From Pyrodictium delaneyi (lineage in GTDB: Archaea; Thermoproteota; Thermoprotei_A; Sulfolobales; Pyrodictiaceae): 32,000 nt of DNA. Below the pieces are notes generated by a model that saw only the letters and a program-made list of their open reading frames with translations, was not told the DNA's origin and did not search any database. The DNA lies in the NCBI RefSeq assembly GCF_001412615.1, contig NZ_CP013011.1:1680001-1712000 (forward strand). The letters run 5' to 3'. Below are positions 24,871 to 32,000 of this stretch, piece after piece. The number at the start of each line of letters is the position of its first letter. Position 1 is the first letter of the stretch. The translations under genes were made by a program, and so were the position numbers.

Positions 24871-26712
24871 CTATTCGACTGTTACTGTCTTAGCTAGATT
24901 GCGTGGTTTGTCGGGATCTCTGTTGAGCATTACGGCGAGCTTGTAGGCGAGTAGCTGGAACGGCGGAACTACGGCGTAAGGCGCAAGTATCTCACTATAG
25001 TTTCCGACATCAATGTAGAAGTCTACTCCTTCAAGCTCTCTATAACTAGAGGTACCTATTACTATGGTTGAAGCTCCACGTGCCTTCATCTCCATTACGT
25101 TGCTTTGGAGTTTTTCTAGGAGCTCGTCTTCTGGCGGGACGCCTACAAATATGACGGGAAATTCTTCCTCTACAAGTGCTATTGGACCGTGTTTACTCTC
25201 TCCGGCGGGATAAGCTTCAGCGTGTATGTAGCTAACCTCTTTGATCTTTAAGGCCGCTTCATAGGCTAATGGAACGCCTAGTCCTCTTCCGAGCACGTAT
25301 ATGTTGTTTTTACTACGTAAACTTGAAGCGAGTAGTTCTACAAGTCTTATACTACGATCTATTCCGGAGGAGGCTGCATGGCTTGCATTCCTGAGCTCCC
25401 TCATTGCTTCCGTGTATTCCGCCTTGGTAAGAGAGCCTGTATGGACAGCTAGAGCTAGCGCTATACTTGTGAGTGCTAATACCTGTGTAAGGAACGTCTT
25501 GGTGGCTGCTACACCGATCTCGGGGCCAGCCCTAGTATAGACGGTGGTGTCCGATTCGCGTGGAATAGTGCTTCCGACAACATTTGATACAGCCACAACC
25601 CTCCCGCCGCTAGACTTGAATGATCTTACAGCTTGAAGAGTATCGATAGTTTCGCCGCTTTGACTTATAGCTACAAGCGCCGAATTGCTATGGTCTAAGC
25701 TTCTATAGGCGAGATACTCACTTGATATGAAAGTGATTACTGGTCTTCTAGCTATACGTGCCATGAAGTATGCAAATACGAGGCCGGCGTGATAGCTAGT
25801 TCCAGCACCTGTTACAAATATGTGGTCGGCGCTAGCGAGGATCTCTGCAGCTTTTTCAAGTTCACGGCTAGACATAAGCCCTGTGTACGTTTCATACAGT
25901 ACACGTGGCTGCTCCATTATCTCTTTAAGCATGTAGTGAGGATAACCGCCTTTTTCAGCATCTTCTATACTCCAAGTTACTGTCATGACACGGTGATGCC
26001 ATTCGACAGGAGTACCGCTTTTCTCGAGATAGAGCCTATATGGTTCTATATACCCGTACTCGCCATCGTTTAGGGCTACAAAACGCTTAGTATATTGAAG
26101 CATTGATGGAATATCGCTTGCAATCATGTTGAAACCTTCACCGAGCCCAATTACAAGAGGGCTCACTTTTCTTGCAAAGTAGATGCGATTAGGTTCATAA
26201 GCATAGACTACGGCTATTGCGTACGCACCTTCTATGACCTTGACAAGCTTTTTAAAGGCCTCCCACATGGAGTCTCCATTTTCCAGATATTCTTCTAGCA
26301 AATGAGCTATAACTTCAGTATCAGTTTCGCTCTTAAATTTATGACCTCGTTCTTCTAACAACTGGCGTAATTCTGCAAAATTCTTTATTATGCCATTGTG
26401 TACTACAGCTATTTCGTTCCTACAATCTACATGGGGATGCGCATTAACAGTATTAGGCTCGCCGTGGGTAGCCCAACGTGTATGAGCGATGCCGCATACA
26501 GCACAGTACTTGTGAACACTATATTCTTCAACAACTTTGTCGATACGGCCTTTATCCTTGAATATCAAAAGCTTGTTAGAGCTACACTCTATTAGAGCAA
26601 AGCCAGCACTATCGTAACCCCTATACTCTAAGCGTTTAAGACCCTGAACAAGTATTGGTGCAACATTGCCTATAATATCCGGGTCTGCTACAATACCAAC
26701 TATGCCGCACAT
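24871..26712 (-). CDS. glmS: Glutamine--fructose-6-phosphate aminotransferase
   Basis: N-terminal MCGIVG (Ntn Cys), two SIS domains (SQSGETIDT) and C-terminal KTVTVE. Confidence 0.9.
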   Translation of the reverse strand: MCGIVGIVADPDIIGNVAPILVQGLKRLEYRGYDSAGFALIECSSNKLLIFKDKGRIDKVVEEYSVHKYCAVCGIAHTRWATHGEPNTVNAHPHVDCRNEIAVVHNGIIKNFAELRQLLEERGHKFKSETDTEVIAHLLEEYLENGDSMWEAFKKLVKVIEGAYAIAVVYAYEPNRIYFARKVSPLVIGLGEGFNMIASDIPSMLQYTKRFVALNDGEYGYIEPYRLYLEKSGTPVEWHHRVMTVTWSIEDAEKGGYPHYMLKEIMEQPRVLYETYTGLMSSRELEKAAEILASADHIFVTGAGTSYHAGLVFAYFMARIARRPVITFISSEYLAYRSLDHSNSALVAISQSGETIDTLQAVRSFKSSGGRVVAVSNVVGSTIPRESDTTVYTRAGPEIGVAATKTFLTQVLALTSIALALAVHTGSLTKAEYTEAMRELRNASHAASSGIDRSIRLVELLASSLRSKNNIYVLGRGLGVPLAYEAALKIKEVSYIHAEAYPAGESKHGPIALVEEEFPVIFVGVPPEDELLEKLQSNVMEMKARGASTIVIGTSSYRELEGVDFYIDVGNYSEILAPYAVVPPFQLLAYKLAVMLNRDPDKPRNLAKTVTVE

Positions 26713-26840
26713 AGCCTATACGCCCTTCCCCTGAGCATAAGATCTTGCAATTACTTATGACTCTAACTAGACATCTGCCACTGAAGGAACACAGCGACTA
26801 CAGTATATTAGTTATAGAGGCTTAAGCTATTACGTAACTG

Positions 26841-26908
26841 GCGGTGGATGAAGAGTGAACCCCAGTTGCGAAAACTAGCATGTGCGGCCTTCAGCGTACT
26901 GACACCGC
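26841..26908 (+). ncRNA. C/D box sRNA candidate with a 6-bp terminal stem
   Basis: GCGGTG (26841-26846) pairs perfectly with CACCGC (26903-26908). These bracket ATGAAGA (C variant, 26848-26854) and CTGA (D, 26899-26902), with 44 nt between the boxes. The internal D' (GCGA) and C' are degenerate. Confidence 0.45.
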
Positions 26909-27060
26909 ATTATAGCGCCTTCTGGCTCTGAATAGTGGTGGAAATGAAGCATGGTTGCCAAAACTGCTAGTAACGTGCTGAAGTGTTACGTGTATCGAAC
27001 ATTATTTAAAGCATAGCGAATAGGGATAAAGAAACAAACATGTATTAGGGTGGCTCGGCA

Positions 27061-28956
27061 TTAGTGCTTAGCTCTGTCTTGTTTCGGTGTAGAGGGCTTC
27101 TCTAGATAGACAAAGCTTGGACGCTTCGATACGTATCTGGGTAGTGTAGGCTGGAGGCGTGGATAGTCCCTTATCTCTTCCAGAACCATTGCTACTAGTT
27201 CTTCTGGCTTTACGGCTATACGGTCATTGGACCTTCTGATGGTGACGTTTATTGTACCTGTTTCAACTTCTCTGTCGCCGACAACTCCTATGTAAGGTAT
27301 CCACTCTCGTGCAGCATCGCGTATGCGCTTGCCTAAGCTTATATCTCTATCATCTATGTCGACTCTTATCAGATTCTCCTCAAGTAGGGATGCAGTTTTC
27401 TCTACTAGTTGCATCTGCTTCTCTGACTTGGGATCGACAGGTATGAGTCGGACTTGTATTGGTGCCATCCATGTAGGTATATACGGTTTCTTGCCTTGTC
27501 GTTCCATCTTTACTGCTGAGTCTAGCACCATGTAGATATATCTCTCTATGGAGCCTATCAGTGCCGTATGTATAATTACAGGGTAGCGTTCAACATTGTT
27601 TTCGTCGATGTACTTTATTCCGAAGCGTTTAGCATTACCTACATCGAATTGGAAAGTAGCTATCTCTCGAGGCCTGCCGGCAACATCTATTATGTGGTAT
27701 TCTACGTTAACTACCCAGTAGTATATGCCTGCAGGGTAGACCGTCACTATGGCTGGTTTTCCGTCACGTTTTATTAACTCCAGGAGTAGATCGCGCTTCT
27801 CTTGCCAGAAGTCCTCAGTCACATTGTATACAGCGTAGTATTTTTGGCCAAGCCTTGTAGCTTCTCGGTGTATAACTTCTTGCAGTTTTCTACTGACATT
27901 TACAGCTTCCTCTATATCACGTGTTAGTATGTGTAGGTCGGGCATATAGAACCTTCTTAGCCGGAAACAGAGGGTTACCTCACCGCTTTGCTCTAGACGG
28001 TAACTATCCGCGATCTCGAACATGCCAAGTGGTAGATCTTTATAACTTAACACGTAGTCACGCAATATTGCAAACTGTTGATGACAAGCAGCATAGCGCA
28101 TTACTAGGTGCTTCCTATCAGTCCATAGCTCGTATAGACGGTCCCCGAAGAGTTCAGCGTGCTCGTATACAGGTTTGGCTGATAAGTCGAACATGTTTGT
28201 GCCGCGTATACGGAGCACTGGTATGCCTAGGTCTCGTGCAAGCTTCCACGCGTATTCAGAGACAGCGTCAACCATTAGTGTGGCATGAGGCTCATACCTC
28301 ATGTGGCCGTAGTCTGAGAAGGGTTCCCATTCAAACCCGAACTTTGCACAGAGAGCATTGACTGGATTCTCTACCTCGCCAATTTCCTTGCCGAGGGCCT
28401 CTTTCTCTATTAGTATTCTAAACTCCTCATCTGCTTTTGATAAATATTCTTCGGGCTTGTAGACTTCGCCATTAGGCGTTAGTACGAAATACTTCTTCTC
28501 TATTTGTGGTTTTGAGGAAGCTTTTGGTGCATAAGCCCTTGAGAGTTCTGATAGAGGGTGACCATAGCAGTGTATCTTAAATTCCTTGTACCACCCAAAT
28601 GGGGCTCTTACGACCTTATATTTGCCTTCGGCACGTTTCTTTAGCTCCTCCTCGAGGAGAGATAGTGCTTCTTTAGCAACTTTAGGTGGCGCCAATCGTT
28701 TAGAGAGGTGTGCATAAGGATAAATGACTATTGTATAGGCCTTTACCTTCTCTGCTACATCGATTATATCCTTTACAGCGTTCTCGACAACTTCTCTAAG
28801 GTTCTGGGTGTCAACATCCTCTACTGTAGTAAACACTACAAGGGCATTTTCTACGGACGCCTCAGAAGGTGTAAGGTCTACCGACTCTGCGTCAGCTATA
28901 GCCTTGCTTTTAGCTTTGAAGGAGAACTCTTTGGCGTGTATCAGTAGTATACGCAT
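27061..28956 (-). CDS. thrS: Threonyl-tRNA synthetase, full length with the archaeal N-terminal editing domain
   Basis: MRILLIHAKEFSF... is the DTD-like archaeal editing-domain N-terminus. Class II catalytic core and anticodon-binding domain are present (HTALIGSIERYIY). 631 aa. Confidence 0.85.
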   Translation of the reverse strand: MRILLIHAKEFSFKAKSKAIADAESVDLTPSEASVENALVVFTTVEDVDTQNLREVVENAVKDIIDVAEKVKAYTIVIYPYAHLSKRLAPPKVAKEALSLLEEELKKRAEGKYKVVRAPFGWYKEFKIHCYGHPLSELSRAYAPKASSKPQIEKKYFVLTPNGEVYKPEEYLSKADEEFRILIEKEALGKEIGEVENPVNALCAKFGFEWEPFSDYGHMRYEPHATLMVDAVSEYAWKLARDLGIPVLRIRGTNMFDLSAKPVYEHAELFGDRLYELWTDRKHLVMRYAACHQQFAILRDYVLSYKDLPLGMFEIADSYRLEQSGEVTLCFRLRRFYMPDLHILTRDIEEAVNVSRKLQEVIHREATRLGQKYYAVYNVTEDFWQEKRDLLLELIKRDGKPAIVTVYPAGIYYWVVNVEYHIIDVAGRPREIATFQFDVGNAKRFGIKYIDENNVERYPVIIHTALIGSIERYIYMVLDSAVKMERQGKKPYIPTWMAPIQVRLIPVDPKSEKQMQLVEKTASLLEENLIRVDIDDRDISLGKRIRDAAREWIPYIGVVGDREVETGTINVTIRRSNDRIAVKPEELVAMVLEEIRDYPRLQPTLPRYVSKRPSFVYLEKPSTPKQDRAKH

Positions 28957-29090
28957 AGCCGTGCACCGTCGTTGTAAAGTATTTGAGGTGTATACCCAAG
29001 GGTAGCCTAGGCTCCATGGTTGGTAAAAAAGATAATATAGACGCCCATCCCTAATGAGCTATGGAATAGTTTCGGTTAGGTAAAGAGCCC

Positions 29091-29097
29091 TATATAA
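29091..29097 (+). promoter_or_regulatory. TATA-like box for radA
   Basis: TATATAA about 40 nt upstream of the ATG at 29137. Confidence 0.35.
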
Positions 29098-29136
29098 GGG
29101 TGTTACTGGCCCGCCCATCTCCCGGGATAGAAGGGT

Positions 29137-30108
29137 ATGTCTAAAGGAGAAGTAAGGTCGATAACAGATCTCCCGGGAGTGGGTCCTGCAACAGCTAACA
29201 AGCTAATAGAAGCAGGCTACGCGACACTAGAAGCAATAGCAGTAGCCACGCCACAAGAGCTAAGCGCAGCAGCAGGGATACCAATAACCACAGCACAGCG
29301 CATCATAAAGGCGGCACGAGAAGCTCTCGATATTCGCTTCAAAACAGCGCTCGAGGTCAAAAAGGAACGCATGCAAACACGCAAGATAACTACAGGGAGC
29401 CGTAACCTTGACGATCTATTAGGTGGAGGTATAGAAACTAAAACCATAACGGAGTTCTTCGGCGAGTTTGGTAGTGGTAAGACGCAGATTTGCCACCAGG
29501 TAGCTGTAAATGTGCAACTACCGGTTGAGAAGGGTGGGCTAAGTACGCCAGATAAGGTAGCCAAAGCAGTTTACATAGACACAGAGGGGACTTTCCGCTG
29601 GGAACGTATTGAGGCTATGTCAAAGAGATGGGGACTTGACCCAGATGAGGTAATGAGTAATATACTCTATATAAGGGCTATAAACAGTGACCATCAAATG
29701 GCCATAGTGGACGAGCTGTTCAACATAGTTCCGAAAGAAAACATCAAGCTAGTCATAGTAGACTCTGTTACTGGACATTTCCGTGCGGAATACCCGGGAA
29801 GGGAAAACCTCGCAGCACGGCAGCAGAAGCTAAATAGGCATCTACACCAGCTCTCAAGGCTAGCGGAGATATATGATGTTGCAGTAATAATAACTAACCA
29901 GGTAATGGCGAAGCCTGATGTGTTCTATGGTGACCCAACCCAGGCAGTAGGTGGGCATGTCTTGTATCATGCTCCGGGTGTGCGCGTACAACTAAGGAAG
30001 AGTCGTGGAAACAAGAGGATAGCGAGAATAGTAGATGCACCGCACCTGCCGGAAGGTGAAGCAGTATTCATGATAACAGACTACGGTATAGCTGACCCCG
30101 AGGACTAA
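29137..30108 (+). CDS. radA: DNA repair and recombination protein RadA
   Basis: N-terminal HhH ([17 protein letters not shown]), Walker [10 protein letters not shown] and Walker B LVIVDS. Confidence 0.9.
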   Translation: MSKGEVRSITDLPGVGPATANKLIEAGYATLEAIAVATPQELSAAAGIPITTAQRIIKAAREALDIRFKTALEVKKERMQTRKITTGSRNLDDLLGGGIETKTITEFFGEFGSGKTQICHQVAVNVQLPVEKGGLSTPDKVAKAVYIDTEGTFRWERIEAMSKRWGLDPDEVMSNILYIRAINSDHQMAIVDELFNIVPKENIKLVIVDSVTGHFRAEYPGRENLAARQQKLNRHLHQLSRLAEIYDVAVIITNQVMAKPDVFYGDPTQAVGGHVLYHAPGVRVQLRKSRGNKRIARIVDAPHLPEGEAVFMITDYGIADPED

Positions 30109-30159
30109 TCCGATCATTAGGTAAACTAACACAAGTATTTTGAAAATATTTGTAAAGCA

Positions 30160-30588
30160 CTATAGGACGACACGTTGACAACGTCTGCAAGACCTGACAG
30201 ACGCAGGAGTTAGTACGAAACGTGACTTACTCCATTCAAGCTCAATCATGCAATCATCAATTATTATTGCTGGTACTTTTACTCTAAGTCTTAGTCCGCT
30301 AAGTACATCATTTACAGTTGCCCACTTTGTAGATACATTTACCTTAGAGCCTATGCAAACATAATAGCGCTTACTTATGCTGGATTCATCTACAAAGAGG
30401 AGTAATTCTAAATTATTGTTGCCTATTCTTACGCGAAACAAGTTATCTGCTATAATTTGCTTAAATATGTCGATGTTTCTAGTCTCGTATGGTATTTTTA
30501 TTATATTACCCTTCCTGGTTAACACCACTGGCTTATCAATACTAATTGCCTCTAAAAGCTTATCTATATCTGGGTGCACGATGCTCAC
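30160..30588 (-). CDS. Hypothetical protein (142 aa), divergent from the prepilin peptidase gene
   Basis: Intact ORF in an AT-rich stretch. No motif recognised other than a C-terminal CRRC. It is treated as coding only because of its length and intergenic spacing. Confidence 0.35.
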   Translation of the reverse strand: MSIVHPDIDKLLEAISIDKPVVLTRKGNIIKIPYETRNIDIFKQIIADNLFRVRIGNNNLELLLFVDESSISKRYYVCIGSKVNVSTKWATVNDVLSGLRLRVKVPAIIIDDCMIELEWSKSRFVLTPASVRSCRRCQRVVL

Positions 30589-30627
30589 CAGGCCAAACGG
30601 TGAAAGGCCTACGAGGGCTTTTCAACA

Positions 30628-31368
30628 TTGTACGCGGAGATAGTAGCAATATTAGTCCTCACGGCTCTTTCGATATACGATGTAAAGACGCGAGAGCTCC
30701 CGGATAAGCTAGTATATGCTTCTCTGGCTATCGTAGTCCTTCTCAGAATCGCAGAATACAGGGTCATAGGTTTCAACACTATCTTGCCATTGTGGTTTTA
30801 CATTGTAGTGGATATAGTGCTTCTTGGTATGATAGCTGTAATAGCTTGGCTAGGTTACTTTGGATGGGGCGATGTCGCGGTACTAGCCTTGATAACAGTT
30901 GCATCACCACTCGCTGAAGGACAATGTATCATTATGCCCCCCTTGCTGATGGTGATTATTTACTATGTTTTGTTGACGATGATCCTTATGGTTACTAATA
31001 TGCTTGTAAATATCACAGCTCATAGGCGCGACTTGGCGCGACTGCCCGCTAAGTATAGGCTAATATATGCATTCATAGCGCGTCCAATTAGAGCGAGAAA
31101 ACTCTCTCAAAACCCTGGATGGTGGTATCCTCTAAACCTATGTGGTAAATATAGCGTAAGGTTCAACATATATATGGATCCGCCAGATATAGCGAAGGAA
31201 GTTAGCCTAGCCATGCAAAGAGGCTGCGTCAAGCCTAATGACAAAGTATGGGCTACATATGGGGTGCCTGGTATACCGCTCTTTACCGTAGCATACATAT
31301 TAACATTAATTCTAGGAGATGGTCTGCTGCTCAGTGTACTAGGCCTCAGTATTCCAATGGTAGGCTAG
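30628..31368 (+). CDS. Archaeal prepilin/preflagellin peptidase (A24 family, PibD/FlaK-like)
   Basis: Polytopic membrane protein with the two catalytic Asp contexts YDVKTRELPD and GWGDV (GxGD-type). TTG start. Confidence 0.65.
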   Translation: MYAEIVAILVLTALSIYDVKTRELPDKLVYASLAIVVLLRIAEYRVIGFNTILPLWFYIVVDIVLLGMIAVIAWLGYFGWGDVAVLALITVASPLAEGQCIIMPPLLMVIIYYVLLTMILMVTNMLVNITAHRRDLARLPAKYRLIYAFIARPIRARKLSQNPGWWYPLNLCGKYSVRFNIYMDPPDIAKEVSLAMQRGCVKPNDKVWATYGVPGIPLFTVAYILTLILGDGLLLSVLGLSIPMVG

Positions 31369-31418
31369 AAAACTCATAGTTTAGGCAGGAAGATGTAGCT
31401 AGAGGGAGGGACGGTAGA

Positions 31419-31937
31419 ATGGCACACCAGATGGACGTGCTTTATGCACCTTGGCGGTATACATATATAAAGTCTACAGTTGAGAAAGAGCCACAAGAAT
31501 GTATATTCTGTATAGCTCCTAAGAAGCCTGAGGACGAGTCATTAGTGTTATACAAGGGTCGCTATAGCTACATAATCATGAATCTATACCCTTATAATAC
31601 TGGTCATGTAATGGTGGTTCCTTATAGGCATATAGCTGATATAGCTGATCTAACTATTGATGAGCTAACAGAGATGATGGAGTTAGTAAAGCTGTCAATG
31701 ATTGTAATACGAAAAGTGTTAAAGCCGCATGGTTTCAACATAGGCATCAATATTGGTCGTGTTGCAGGTGCCGGTATAGACAAGCACGTACATATCCATG
31801 TAGTGCCGCGATGGAATGGTGACACTAACTTCATGCCAGTAATAGCAGGAGTAAAAGTCATATCACAAGATGTTAGGGAGACGTACAAAGCGCTACGGGA
31901 GGCTCTTAAAGAAGTCATACATGTAACTAAAGACTAA
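31419..31937 (+). CDS. HIT-family nucleotide hydrolase/transferase
   Basis: Histidine triad HVHIHVVPR, with GGGAGGG upstream of the ATG. Confidence 0.8.
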   Translation: MAHQMDVLYAPWRYTYIKSTVEKEPQECIFCIAPKKPEDESLVLYKGRYSYIIMNLYPYNTGHVMVVPYRHIADIADLTIDELTEMMELVKLSMIVIRKVLKPHGFNIGINIGRVAGAGIDKHVHIHVVPRWNGDTNFMPVIAGVKVISQDVRETYKALREALKEVIHVTKD

Positions 31938-32000
31938 CCAATAAAGTATATCTTTAGTCTGTTCACGAAAGCTCTAATGTCTGCTATATGTGAAGCCACA

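Noticed and set aside
26934-26990. Second C/D-like unit (AATGAAGC ... CTGA) as an independent functional C/D sRNA
   Set aside because: Only 27 nt separate the boxes, the C box has two mismatches and there is no terminal stem. It is kept only as a possibly decayed paralog inside the finding for 26841-26990.
28995-29005. 11-mer CCCAAGGGTAG shared between the thrS/radA intergenic (28995-29005) and the lhr/RHH intergenic (2462-2472)
   Set aside because: In 32 kb, on the order of a hundred chance 11-mer coincidences are expected (N^2/2 divided by 4^11), and the flanks do not extend the match.
29004-29013. 10-nt perfect palindrome AGCCTAGGCT in the thrS 5' leader/promoter region as a regulatory operator
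   Set aside because: It is a single short palindrome with no second copy or flanking symmetry. As RNA it cannot form a hairpin because there is no loop. Support is insufficient.
1-32000. CRISPR array or cas operon, prompted by the Cas4-like gene
   Set aside because: I saw no regularly spaced direct repeats anywhere in the window and no cas1/cas2 or effector-like ORFs. The Cas4-family gene is treated as a stand-alone nuclease.
1-32000. tRNA, rRNA, RNase P or SRP RNA genes
   Set aside because: I found no GGTTC(G/A)A(A/T)TCC-type T-loop on either strand, no rRNA-like stretches, and no CR-I (GAGGAAAGTCC-like) or SRP helix-8 motif, including within the GC-rich island.

Overview
This looks like a chromosomal, housekeeping-dense segment of an archaeal genome, most likely a hyperthermophilic crenarchaeon (Desulfurococcales-like). 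The gene content points that way: topoisomerase VI A/B, RadA, TmcA, a tRNA-splicing endonuclease subunit, ThrRS with the archaeal N-terminal editing domain, a class-III-signal pilin, and many GTG/TTG starts. All functional calls come from motifs I recognised in the supplied translations or in my own hand translations; no database search was possible.

I support about 31 protein genes:
- Repair-type genes: an Lhr-type helicase (partial, reverse strand, missing from the ORF track because it runs off the window), an RHH regulator, a wHTH protein, an orphan Cas4-family nuclease, a PHP phosphoesterase and a NurA-like paralog.
- A pterin-cofactor trio: DUF447-like, MptE-like and beta-RFAP synthase.
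- tRNA and translation genes: TrpRS, HisRS, ThrRS, TmcA, an EndA subunit and an MtnA/aIF-2B-like isomerase.
- An AT-rich minimal type IV pilus-like operon (pilin, ATPase, platform), with an unlinked prepilin peptidase.
- Other genes: Top6B/Top6A, DeoC, an ASCH-HTH-AT-hook protein followed by an untracked 53-aa zinc-ribbon ORF, a GlmU-like/GlmS pair, RadA and a HIT hydrolase.

Reading the intergenic DNA by eye gives non-coding features the ORF track cannot show. There are three well-formed C/D box sRNAs (8233-8289 +, 22381-22444 +, 22473-22540 -) and one or two weaker ones (26841-26908, 23560-23618). There is also a 150-nt, 70% G+C island (6721-6870) that folds into stacked hairpins and matches no RNA family I recognise.

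I saw no rRNA, tRNA, CRISPR array, integrase or IS element. The most unusual items are the unassigned GC-rich structured element, the regulator-controlled orphan Cas4/PHP pair divergent from Lhr, and the ASCH-AT-hook fusion. None of these can be called a new system from sequence alone.
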